A DNA stretch of 64,000 nucleotides from Candidatus Omnitrophota bacterium. GTDB lineage: Bacteria > Omnitrophota > Omnitrophia > Omnitrophales > Aquincolibacteriaceae. The position numbers and the translations under genes are program-made. Below, in pieces: positions 8,699-20,600 of this stretch (position 1 is its first letter; each line of letters begins with the position of its first letter). The DNA lies in NCBI GenBank assembly GCA_030698625.1, contig JAUYMS010000024.1, forward strand, positions 482 to 64,481. The letters run 5' to 3'. A model generated the notes under the pieces. It saw only the letters and a list, made by a program, of their open reading frames with translations, was not told where the DNA came from and ran no database searches.

Positions 8699-11600
8699 TT
8701 ACGCCGAAGCCGCGATCTCGCGATGGGACGCAGCCATAAGCTGCAAGAGGGTTGTCAATATGGTGATTCCTGTGGAAACATCATATTGAACGGAGCCGGC
8801 ATACCTCTCCAGTGCCTTATCAAGAGCTTGAGCCGTTATCTCCGCAGTTTCAGTCGTGCTGAGAAACTGCGCTAGCGGAGGAACTAACGACATACTAAAG
8901 GCAAGAGGTACACCGTTGCTGCGCACGATACGCTGTCTCGGCACTGATCTACTCAGAGCCAGCCACCTATCATGGGGAAAGAAAATCCCGTATGCGTCCG
9001 CAAACTTCTGGTTACCAATAACACGTTGATCGAGCTGCTTGGTAAGCTCAACCCATTGTGAATCTGTCCCGTCTACCCAATACAAAGAATCTCTAACTAA
9101 GTTCTGAGCCGCGGCCTTCTGTTTTGACAGCGCACTCAGGAAATCACCCTTCTGCTTCTTCTCCTTATCAGAAAAAACAATATGAAACTGAAAATCCTTA
9201 ACATCTAAATTCGGTTGGCTGTCCACCGCTTCGTAGACGCGCGCGACAAAAGAGAGTAATTGCTCCTTGATTTCCGGCGAATAAAAGATGATGGGAGTTA
9301 GCTGCTTGACTTCCTGGCGCTGAATCGCATCGACTAAGCGGTCCAGCGAAGCACGAAACTCCTCCCGGGCAATTTGATTAAACTGCTGGGGGCTGAAGCG
9401 GTGCTCCTTTAGAACTGTTCCGGCGTACGCGTATGCCTCGCGGGTAGATCCGGAGAACTGCTGAGCGGCAGCTGTGCGAACAAAGAGGTGATCAAAAATC
9501 AAAAGCCGATAAGAGGCGCGGAGGCCGTCTGCGAAACCCGCCACTCCGGTATCAGAATTGGCGACGTTCTCTACGGTAAGCGCTGAGGTGCGTGCAATGA
9601 CGACGGGGCTCGGCGAAACAATCCCGGCAGCAACTTCTGCAATGGCCCTCAACTCGGAACGCTGATCTCCTGCCTTAGGCGCTGGCTTCGCTATCGTCAG
9701 GGTGTTTTCAGCTTCCTCATCTAACGGATTGCGTATGATCTGAAGCAACATCGTTCCTGGTTCACCCGCCTTTTCAACGACGGCAAAGGCAGTATGCGCC
9801 TCAATCGTCTCATTTCCGTCCGTAACCTGAGGAATAATGAGTCCGTCACTGGGCTTTGAAATATCGATAATGGCCACGGGATGATTGTTTTCGTCGTCGA
9901 TAATGTAGTCAAAGATCGGAGTCATGTGCCCGGAATCTGCGACGCCGGTAGGTCCCACGATGTCCGCAATTTCCCGCCTGACCTGGAATACCGCCGCTAA
10001 ACTCCTTCCGGGAAGTTTTCGTACGATGAGGGCCGGGCCTTTCGCCTCCCGACCTCCGATTAGAAGCAATCCATGCGCCGGTAGCCCGTCAGCCGCTATC
10101 TTGGGCCATATTTTCGTCTGCCCACCCTTACCGCGACCACCCAACCGCGTTATTCCATATCTTTTGTCTGCACCCCTACGATAGGCGCCATTCCACTCCG
10201 GAAAACGAATACTTGTGACATCTTCTTGGGTTTCTATGGCTTCCCAATTTAAATCCCACGGCTCTTCCACAGAGTCCGGAGTCATTCCCGGCTTAAGCCG
10301 ACCAAGCCACGTCCGTTCACCGGCCTCATCCACATGGATGATCGTAATCGATGTCTCCTCGGCATCGCCCTCAAGATCCATTTCCTCGTCAAATTCAGTA
10401 TCGATATGTCCCGCGCTTAAGCGGTTCGGAAACTTTTTGCCGTGGCGGCCGATGAAGAGCTCAATCGCGCGCGTCTGATCCGCCGCAAACTCGTCTTGAA
10501 TTTCGTCCCCAAGTTTTTCGCTGAGATACTCACGGATGCGTCGAACAACGCTCGAATCCAGAGAGCCTCCGAGCGCTATCGCTTTACGCGAAGCCCGGTA
10601 CTTCCCGAGAAAATCTCGATTCTCTTTTCGTGTGCCGCCCGCGCTGTGTTGAAAATTCAATATGCGCCCTTCCAATAGCGGAAGTGCCTTGGGGTCCGCA
10701 AGCTCCCAAAGAAATTTCACGAGGTGTGCATAAACCTTCTGATTTACAAGCGTGGTAGCGATTTCAAGATAGCGGCCCGACTCCTTAAGGCCGGCAAAGC
10801 GTTGCTGCAGCCTGTCCAAGCCGACAAACGCAAGCTCCAAGCGATTTTCATCGCTCAGGCCTTTAATTTCGGAGACGAGAGCATCCAAATGGGCATGAAG
10901 TCTGAGCTGTAAGAGTGTGGTAATATCGGCGGGCGCCAAGCCTGAGTCTTGCACGAGGTGCGCATTCACCCAAATGGTCTTATTATCCTCATCCACGATG
11001 ATGTCCGAGGAAAAGTGCTGCATTCCTTCCTGAATCATGACGAATGTATAGCCCTTTCCATCACTGAAGTTGGCGGGATTTTTGAGTAACTGCATCAAAT
11101 CATGATCGTCGGTGATATCGTCGGGAACCGGTTCGGGTTGAGGCAGAACTTGGGGACGGCCACCTCGGGGCTGTCCGCCTGTGGCTGCTGGTTCTTCGAC
11201 GATGACACGGCGGCCTTCATTATTCATATCAGAAAGTGTCCGCCGCAAGAGGTCAATCACTTCAACGTCAAGCTCATTGGCAAATGGATCCCATTCTGGA
11301 TTATCTCCGAAGCGCACATTCAGGATTTCGCCCAGAACGCTTTCAAGATAGGCTGCTTCGGGATTCAAGTCGATCATCTGATGAATTTTACCGGTAATTT
11401 GGGGCACCGCACCTATGTCCGGATGGGCTGTCGAAATGAGCCCTTTAAGCTCCCCTTTTAGTCTCAGGAGCTGCACCTCTTCCGAACGTAATTCCACCGC
11501 ACGCCTATTGATGCGCGTAACCCTATCTTCAATCCAGGCGTTCAGGCTGCTCGTCGGGTCTCCCTGATCCCCATCATCGGTGGGCGGATGAATGTGTATC

Positions 11601-14600
11601 ACGTCCGCACCGCTTCGTGTCAGGCTATGGCGTCTGCCGCTTCGTATCTCATAGCCATCCCAGGGGAGCCTGCTTAATCTTTCCGGACTAAGGTCGACGT
11701 CAACATTCGTCCTCTTTGCCAGCACGAATGAACTCTGCGTCAGAACCTTACGCAATCTGGCCGGAATACCCTCTAGGTTGAGCGTGCCGAATCCGTTATG
11801 AACGACGGTCATTCCGTAGTTCTCCTCAAGAAAAGTTCTCGCCGCTTCGGTCATGTCACCGTTGTGAAGAAAGAGCAACACATAACCATCCTTCTTCGTA
11901 TGCTGCACGAGTTGTTTCAACATATAATTGCGCTGGCCTACGTAGAGTTTCGGAATGTCCGCTTCCGTAATTCCTGCGGGAATACGGTCGAGTACCATAT
12001 TCAGTAAGCTCCTCTCCGCCCTCGGCAGGGCTTCCGGCACGCGAGCTCTGTGCTCTCCCCGCAAACGCCTGCGGATAATATCCTCCAGAATTCTGCGCTG
12101 TTCCGGCGTTAGATCCGGAGGAATGATCGGTTGACCATAATGCCAAAGTTCGGAACCTATGGTCAACTGCGCCACTTCGGGCTCCAAATCATCCAAGACG
12201 AGGTTCTTATTTATGTAATCAACGTTCGTAACACCCCGGTTATCCAAGTTCTTGTGCGCTAAATCCAGCATAGCTTGGGAGAAATCCACTAGGTTATAGT
12301 GCAGGTCATTGATCTTGAAATCACCCGTCGGTGAAAGATTTGCCATGATACGACGAACCTCGTACCAGCCGAGAAGATCTGTGGCCGGTCCTGAGGGCAG
12401 AAAGCTAACCGTATCCCCCTTCGACAATTCAATCTGTCCGGTCGTCTGTAGTTCTACAAGGTAACGCAAAAACATCTGCCCCAAAGGATACGCAGCCAGC
12501 CGCGTAATTTTTTCGGAATATTCTTTGGCAAAGCGGTCCCACATGTCGCGTACGGTATTCCAGTCACCCGTCCGCATTGCCACTGAGTAAATGCGTTCTA
12601 AGTTTGCGAGTAATCGTAACATTTTGTCGCGCTCGCGCGACGCGTCTTGAATCGCTTGATAACTGCTGACTTCAAGTTGCTCGTCATCCACAAATCCGTC
12701 CAGGGCCTGAAGCAACATGTCGCGTTTCGTACCCACAAGAGGAATTGCGCGGGTCGCTTCCCATGTATTCGGCGCATAATACTGACGAATGTGAATTTCG
12801 TCGGCGGACTGACCACGCCGGTAAATGCGCGAGATCACCTGCTCACGTCTTGCATCGGTTAGCGGAGAGTCAACGATGTAAATTGCATCAGTGGGCTTCT
12901 CCTCGGAGCCGACGACGTCGAAACCTTCCCCGCCGGAGCCCGCCATCGCTAGAAGTATCTCCTTATCCGGAGAATCATGATCCGTGTGTCGATTAAAGTT
13001 TTCGATGGTAGCATACCGAAGCGGTCCCGTGACCGGTTCGTTGTGGTCAGGCTTCTGTAGTGTTGCGATAAATTCCTGTCCGAGGCGCCGTTGCACCATG
13101 CGGCGAATACGTGCCATGGGCTTCGGAAATGTGGCTGTATTGTAGTCCGCATGCATGACAATAGCCCGGAAGTCACGCAGGGCTTGTTCCTGACTGACCG
13201 GTTTCGTTGCGACAATCCTGCGGCCGATAACGCTTTCGAGATAGGGCTGCGCCTTGTGTTCAACTCTCCGGACGAGGTCATCCTCGGCAACTAAATCCTT
13301 GCTTATCGATTGAATAACACGCTGAATTGAAGCGACGGGAATACCGAGTTCGCTAACATCCGATACTTCCGAACGACCCGCCAGGACGCGCTGCAGTCTC
13401 AGGACCTCCGCCTGTCCGCGTTTCTGGGCCACCAATTCATGAATACGCCGCAAGATGGCGTGAAAATTACTAACGGCAAAGACTTTACTGTCAGGATGAG
13501 TACTACGGTGGTTAATAAGATCAGTAGCCACCGCGTCGAGGCGCGCAGGCGAAGTAAAGGCATAGGGGAAATTGGGATTCGTCGAGGGATCCCCATAGGG
13601 ATTGGGGGGCCCCCAGGATTGCCTGTCATGAGTCAACTCCCTTATGGCTTCGGCAATAATTCTGTCGATACTTTCTTGAACACGAGGATTGATCTCGAGT
13701 TGATCCTGAAGCGATGGCAGTGCTTCCTCCAGACGCAGCAGTACAGCCTCAAGCGTCGCAGGATCAATTCCTAACGCATCCAAATCCAAGCTTCCTAACT
13801 GAAGTCGGGTAATTTTTCCAACGCGTTGCTGGTTATCCGCCGTATTCAGGAGGTCCCTGTCGAGATATTCATAAACTGCCTGCTGAAGGTTATCACCGGC
13901 CGGTGTCAAACGTTGTTCGAGACTCACTTCTACGAACTCGGTATCGAGACGCTCGGGCAAATTATCGCCCAGGACCTGTTCGCGCGACCTCCGGATAATA
14001 ATACCACGCCTGCGCAAATCAAGATTTAGAGCGACGCGCCCCGCAACACCTTGATAACGCCGACCGAACCCGCGTTGGGAGGCGGCCAGATTCGAAGCGC
14101 CGTTCAGCTGCTCGGGGTATTCCTCCGGGTCCAGCAGATGCAGCAAAGGATAAAGATCACCGACGGAGTTTACTAGCAATGTCCCCGACAAAAGCAGGAT
14201 ACGCTGTTCAGGGCGCGTACTGCGCATTGAGATCAGTGTTTTTGTCTCCGAATTCGTCGCATTCTTAAAGCGGTGGGCCTCGTCAACGATAATGAGATCG
14301 GGTCCCTGATCAGCCCCGCCCCAGTTCCTGAGCTCTTCGGCCAGAACGTCCTTTTGCTGACGCGTATCCCCGTCCCATTGAATATCTTGACCCGTCGCCA
14401 AAAAATTGTAATTGATCATAACAAAGCGCGCCCTGTTTTTGGCGTAAAGCAATCTCTGCATGCGCGTCGAGTTGCCGTAAGCACCTGAATAATCGGCATC
14501 GATAATCACATAGAGATCCTTTTTCGGACGCTCTCCCTCGGGAAGCTCCTGTAGCCCATCAGCAATTCGTCTCTCGCGGTTCCAATCCTCCTCAGTCATA

Positions 14601-17600
14601 CTGTTCCAATCAACCGCACTCAGATCAAGCCTTTCGGTGTTCGGTAACCATGACTGGATATGCTTTTCTTCCCAATTGTTGAGCACGCCATTGGCGGCAA
14701 TTAGGAGAACGCGTTGGTTACGTTGATTTTCCGATGCCGTCTTCAAGGCCTGCTGCATCATAATATCTTTAGCAACCTGCGCAACGCCGAGCGCTTGCAC
14801 CGATTTACCGAGACCCGGCTCATCGCCGATGAATCCCCGCAGGGTCCTTACTCCAAAGTCAATTCCCTCATGCTGATAGAGCTCTAACTCCTGCTTGATA
14901 CTCGTGCCGGGCTTTACTGCGTTGACATGACTTTGGTACTTGGCTTGTTTGAGATCGTTATAATGCCGTCTTAATTCTGTGTAGACAGTGACATTGGCTT
15001 CGGCTTTTGCCAAACGCAACTGAAGCGCTCCGTCCTCCGAAGCAGTTTGTTCGCGACGAACGGCATCAACTTCAGTCTGCCACTGCGCGCGTCCCGCCTC
15101 GGCCCATTCGATAGCGATCTCCATCGCCTGTTCGGCCGGCGTCCCGCCCTTGCCATTGGCTTCGTCGGCGGCCGCTGCCATCAAATCATTCGCAATCCTC
15201 TCTCTTATCTGTGCAAGTAGAATATTCTTTGTACTGTCATTCTGAAAAAAGAGGTAAAAATCATTCTCCAGATGTTCAATCCGGCCACGGCTGTACGATG
15301 TCGGTTTCCGACTCTTCCTGCCGTTAAGTTGCTGACGGAATTTTTCGGTTAGAAGTTGCATCAGTTGATCTTCGGCCATCTGCGGATTGGCTGCCGACAG
15401 CAAAAACCAGAACCCTGCGCGGTCGGTCTCGAAGAGATCGAGCCATTCATCCATATTAATGGTACGCGTCAGTTGCCGGAAGAGATCGCGGTTGGTCTCG
15501 TCGACTGTTTTTTCCAGACGTCTCTGCCTCTCAATCGCGCCAAAACCCTCGTATTGCCTAAAGCCCGTATCGTGTAGGAGCAATTGCACCGCCGTCTCAT
15601 AAATGCGGTCGGGACCCGCTGCGGCGGATACGTAATCTCGATTGACAACTTCTGCCTCGTACACCGCAATGAGAGACTCCAGGTTCTGATCCCCCAGGAT
15701 CGGCTGCTTAAAATTGCTTCGGTTCCGGAGAAGACCGTCCATGTCGGTGTCAGCTTGAGACATGAGATAGAGCAAGAGCGTACGTATCGCGTCGCGACTG
15801 ATGATCCTCTCATCCTGCCACGGGGCTTCGGCAAGATTGGAGAGCCACCTCTGACTGGGATCAAGCAGCTGTGTCCGCAACTCGGAGCGAGCCGGTAAAT
15901 TCCTGAACACCCGGCTCAGTTGTTCGCGAGTTAGGGCATCATCACCGGCCAGCTTAGCGATGCCGGATACAAGCCTCCTCTTACCAGAGACATACTTTGC
16001 CAATTCTGCTGCCGCAACACCGCCGATCCTTCTGTTGACACCACGTTCACCGGGCTTCCCCTTTTCCCAGTAACCAACCGTTCCTGACTGCACGGGTCCG
16101 CCGAGCGCCGCATAGATCACGGCTTCATGAAGTTCGGAATTGCTCAGATTAAGTGCGCGCGCAACTAAGAAAGCATTATCTAAGAAGTTACTTCTCAACT
16201 TACCTGCAACGACTGGCGTAATGTTGCCGTGAGGAAAGTTTGCCCTTTTAATAGCGGCTTCGACGGCGGCTTCAAGGGCTTGGTTGGCTTCATGAAAGAT
16301 CGGTTCCATTTGGATCAAACTAAGATTGGGTACCCCAAGAATACGCGCCACCGCTGCGGCATCCGTAACTTCATTTCTCGGCAATGCTGTTCCTAAGAGG
16401 AATTGTGCTAACTTCGCCGCGTCCTCCCAGGTAATGGTCGCAATAGGGTTACTGCTCCACCAGCGTCGTGCTTTCGCCACGGGGAGGCCCACAGCTCGGG
16501 CGATATCCTCAACGCCCAGTCCAAACTCCCTCGCTACCGCTTGCGTATTGGCCAGAAAATGGCGATTCGCCCGTATCGTATCGACATCTTCCCTCACCAA
16601 GCGGTGAGAGCCTCGCCTGTAAAGCCATCGTCCGGGCGGCGTGATAACTTCTCGCAAGCGCCTTTCGGCCGCAATGTCCCCGTCGGTCGGCTCGTCCCTG
16701 CGTGCCAAAGCCGAAGGTGCCGGCTCGGGAGCCTCTCCAAAACTCGCATAGATCTCTCTGAGTTGCGCCGTCCCGATTGACGTGTCACCGTATATCTTGG
16801 CTACCGCGCGGACACCATTCGCTTCCCCTGTGACGTATTTAGCGAGTTCCGAGACGAAACCCCACGCCGCAACAGGATCTTCATGCGTGCCGTCCCTGCG
16901 GTCCAATCCGTTTGCCCAGTAGTAGGACGAGGTCGTACGAAGCGCCTGATTGATCTCTCCGTGCGTAATACTCAGCACCGGCGTCACGCGATAGATATTC
17001 CCAAGGACACGCTGTTTAAAACGTTCTGCGGATGCAACCGTAATATTGCCGGGATTGAACTGGGCCGCCGGCAAAGGCGTCGCTTTATCCCGCACGGCTT
17101 GGTCAACTTCCTTTTGAGCATCTGTAAAGACTGCCGCAAGCTGGCGCACACTCAATCGCCGGATACCGACGAGCCTTGCCACCGCTGCCCGGTCATCGTA
17201 AGCGGCTTCATCCTCGAGGAGGTACTTGGCAAGCTTGACCGCATCGTCCCAGGAAATCGTGACATGTTCGTTTCCTTCATAAGTCCACCAGCGCGTGATT
17301 TTCCCGAAAGCTATGCCTGTCTCGGCCGCAATGTCGCGGCTCGCCTGCGTGACTTCGTCTTCGCCCCAGAGGGCTTTAACAACCGCAAGCGCATTGCGAA
17401 TAAAATGGCGGTTAGCGCGCTTCTTATCTATGGAAGCGACGGTATATTGGTCCAGCCATGCCTTCGGATTCTCAATTGTGCGGTTCAGATCGACCCCTGC
17501 GCGCAATTCCGAACGCTCACCAAAATCCGAGAACACCTGTTCAAACTCCGCACGGCCAAGGCTACTGTGCCCTGCGAGTGTGGCTACGGCGCGAATCTGT

Positions 17601-20600
17601 TGCTTGCTTGCCGAGACATACTGTGCGAGCTCGGCTATATAAGCCCAGCTTATGCTCGGATATTCCCACTCGCCATCCTTGCCCGGCTTACCTTTCTGCC
17701 AGTAATTTGCCGTCGTCGTATCCAAGGCTTCGTTTATTTCAGGATTTGTGATACCCAACTGCGGGGTGACACGGAACACGTTCTGCAGCGCGTGCAGTTT
17801 TAAACGGCGGGCATCTCCGTTCTCGACATTACTGGCATCAAAGAGAGAGTACGGCAGGTCGAGGGTTTGCTCGGCCACAATGGTCTTGATCGCATCTCTG
17901 GCACCGTCGAAGATGGGCGCCATTTGGATGAGGCTCAGGTTCGGTGCCCCGATCATGCGCGCCACAGCAGCCGCATCCGTATAATTCTTTTCGATACGAA
18001 GCAGATAGCGGGCAAGCTTTGCAGCATCCTCCCAGTTAATGGTCGCTATGGGGTTGTTCCACCAGCGGCGGACTGTCGCCACATGCACGCCCACAACATC
18101 GGCGATTTCCTGATCGTCGATCTCCAGGTTGTCGGCAACGCGACCTGCATTTTCAAGAAAATGTTGATTCGTCTTGATCGTGTCGGCATCCTGCTTGACA
18201 AGACGATTCGATCCTTTTCGGAATAAGCCACGGGCCGGCTCACGAATCCCGCTGACCTGGGCCACATCCCCCTTGGGCAATCTTTCTCTCGCCCGCCTGA
18301 AGATGGCCGCGATCTGGGCACGAGAGAGTGATGTGTCCCCGAATAGATAAGCCAGCGAACGGTAATAGCTGGTCGCCTCTGGATACCCGGTCAGAGCCAA
18401 CTTGGCCAGTTCTCGGGCATATTCGAGGTCAATACTGCGATAGACAGTACCTTTCTTACCCTTCTTCCAGTAATCCACTGTCCCCGTGCTTCCGGCGCCG
18501 GTGGTCTGACGTATTTCTTCATAGCTGTAATGATTCCCGATCATCCAAAAGGCGTTATCCAAAAAGAGATTCCGTGCCGTTTTGGCTTGTTCGATCGTAA
18601 GATTATCAAGATCAACGACTTCCCCACGCTTCGCGAAGTAATTTTGTAAGGTAGTCGGCTGTTTGACGAGATCCCCGTCTTCGGCCTGGGTCCTGAGCTC
18701 TGAGCGCGTAGGAAAAGCCGCAAACACTTCGCTTAATTCCGCATGCGTCAGGTTCTCGTCGCCGGTCAGAGTGGCGGTTGCCGACACAGCCAGCTTCTTT
18801 CCGGTAATATACTTTGCCAACTGAGCTGCATAGGGCCCGCGAATCGTTCGCTTGGCACCTTTCTCACCGGGTTTGCCATTTTCCCAGTAACCTACTGTTC
18901 CTGATTGGGCCGGTCCGCCCATGGCGATATGGATCACGGCTTCATGGATTTCGGCGTTACTCATGTTCAGTGCCCGCGCTGCGAGAAAGGCATTGTCGAG
19001 AAAGTTACTTTTCAGCTTTCCGGCTGCAGTCGGCGTCAGAGGATCCCGCTTAAAGTTAACGGGTTTAACAGTATCGGCGATAATCTGATTAATGACCTTA
19101 TTGGCTTCGTGAAAGATGGGTTTCAGCTGAATCAAACTCAGACGCAGCGCACCGAAGATTCTTGCAACCGCTTGCGCGTCGGTGAAGTCGCCCGATTCGT
19201 CACGCAAAAGCCGTTGAGCCAATTTTGCGGCATCCGCCCATGTAATCGTGGCAATCGGATTGGCCCACCAACGGCGAACCGTCGCAACGTGAACACCGAC
19301 GAGATCGGCAATTTCCTGATTATCAATTTCGAGGGCTTGAACAAGCGCATAGGTATTGGCAATAAAATGGCGATTGACCTCGACTTTTCTATCACCGATA
19401 TCTTCCGCGAGAATCCGTTTCGAACCAGGTCTGAAAAATTCATCAGCTGGTCTTTCTATAAGTCTATTGATATTGACTGGCCCATCGGCGGCGGGCGGTG
19501 CCGGTCTCGATTTAGCAGGCGATTTCACGACCGCGGGCTGCCGTGTCTGCGGCGTAGGCATTTGGTCGTCACGCGGAAAATCACGCCATATCCGGCTCAA
19601 CACATTTGCATCAATCGTGTCATCGCCCGCCATTTTGGCAACGGCTACGACCGGGTCCACTTCAGCGGAGACATATTTCGCGAGCTCGGAAGCAAAACCC
19701 CAGGCAATGACAGGGTCCTCATGGGTGCCGCCCGGGCGGTCCAATCCGTTCTGCCAATAATAGGCAGACGTGGTATTGAGCGCATTATTAATTTCATAGT
19801 GCGTCACCTTTAAGGCGGGAGTCATTCTGTAAATATTGCTGTAGACATGCTGTTTGAAGCGCTCCGCCAATTCCGGCGTAATCTCATTGCGGTCAAAATC
19901 AATGCCGCTAAGGGGCTGCACTAATTCTTGGGCAACCTCATCAATAACGTTCTTCACTCCCGTAAAGATGGGCGCTAATTGTCTCAAACTCAGGCCTTTA
20001 TTACTCGCCACGCGCGTCCCGAGAATACGTGACACCGCGGCCGCAGGTTCATAAGCGAATTCGCTTTCCAAGAGGACGAGCGCCAGAATAGCTGCATTGG
20101 CAAAAGTAATAGTCGCGGCGGGATCCGTTCTCCAGAACGACACCGTACTAGGCGTAATTTCTTCGTCAAGCGTTGCAAAACCGTCCACGATATCCACATT
20201 CCGAATGCCTAAGGCATCGGCAACGCGAAACGCATTCTTCAGGAAGTGGCGGTTGGCCTTGTTACCGTCAAGCGTGCCGAGGTCATAGGGCTTGAACCAT
20301 TTGCCCGGTTTCTTGATCACCCTGCTGAGATTGACCGTCTCGACATCTTCGCCCCTGAGTTCCGATCGGGCCCGAAAGCCCGGATACCTTAAAAGAAAGT
20401 CGGGTCTTAAAGATTGCGTGCGGAAGACCGCAAGAATCGTTCCAGCCGGTACGGCTTCGGCAAACTGGTTGGTAGGGCTGCTCAAGATGCGCGCCACTTC
20501 AGCTTCCGTGAGCCTATCCTGCTGATCCAAAATATTGATTCGTTCGATGAAGCGTTCCAGATTCGCGGACCACTTCTCAGTGAAACGCGTGATCAGATCA

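Noticed and set aside
10900-11700. Class I SAM-methyltransferase domain in gene B (VDFSQAMLDLA ... NVDYINKNLVLDDLEPE)
   Set aside because: A motif-II/III-like pattern is present but no glycine-rich SAM-binding motif I. It is not reported as a feature.
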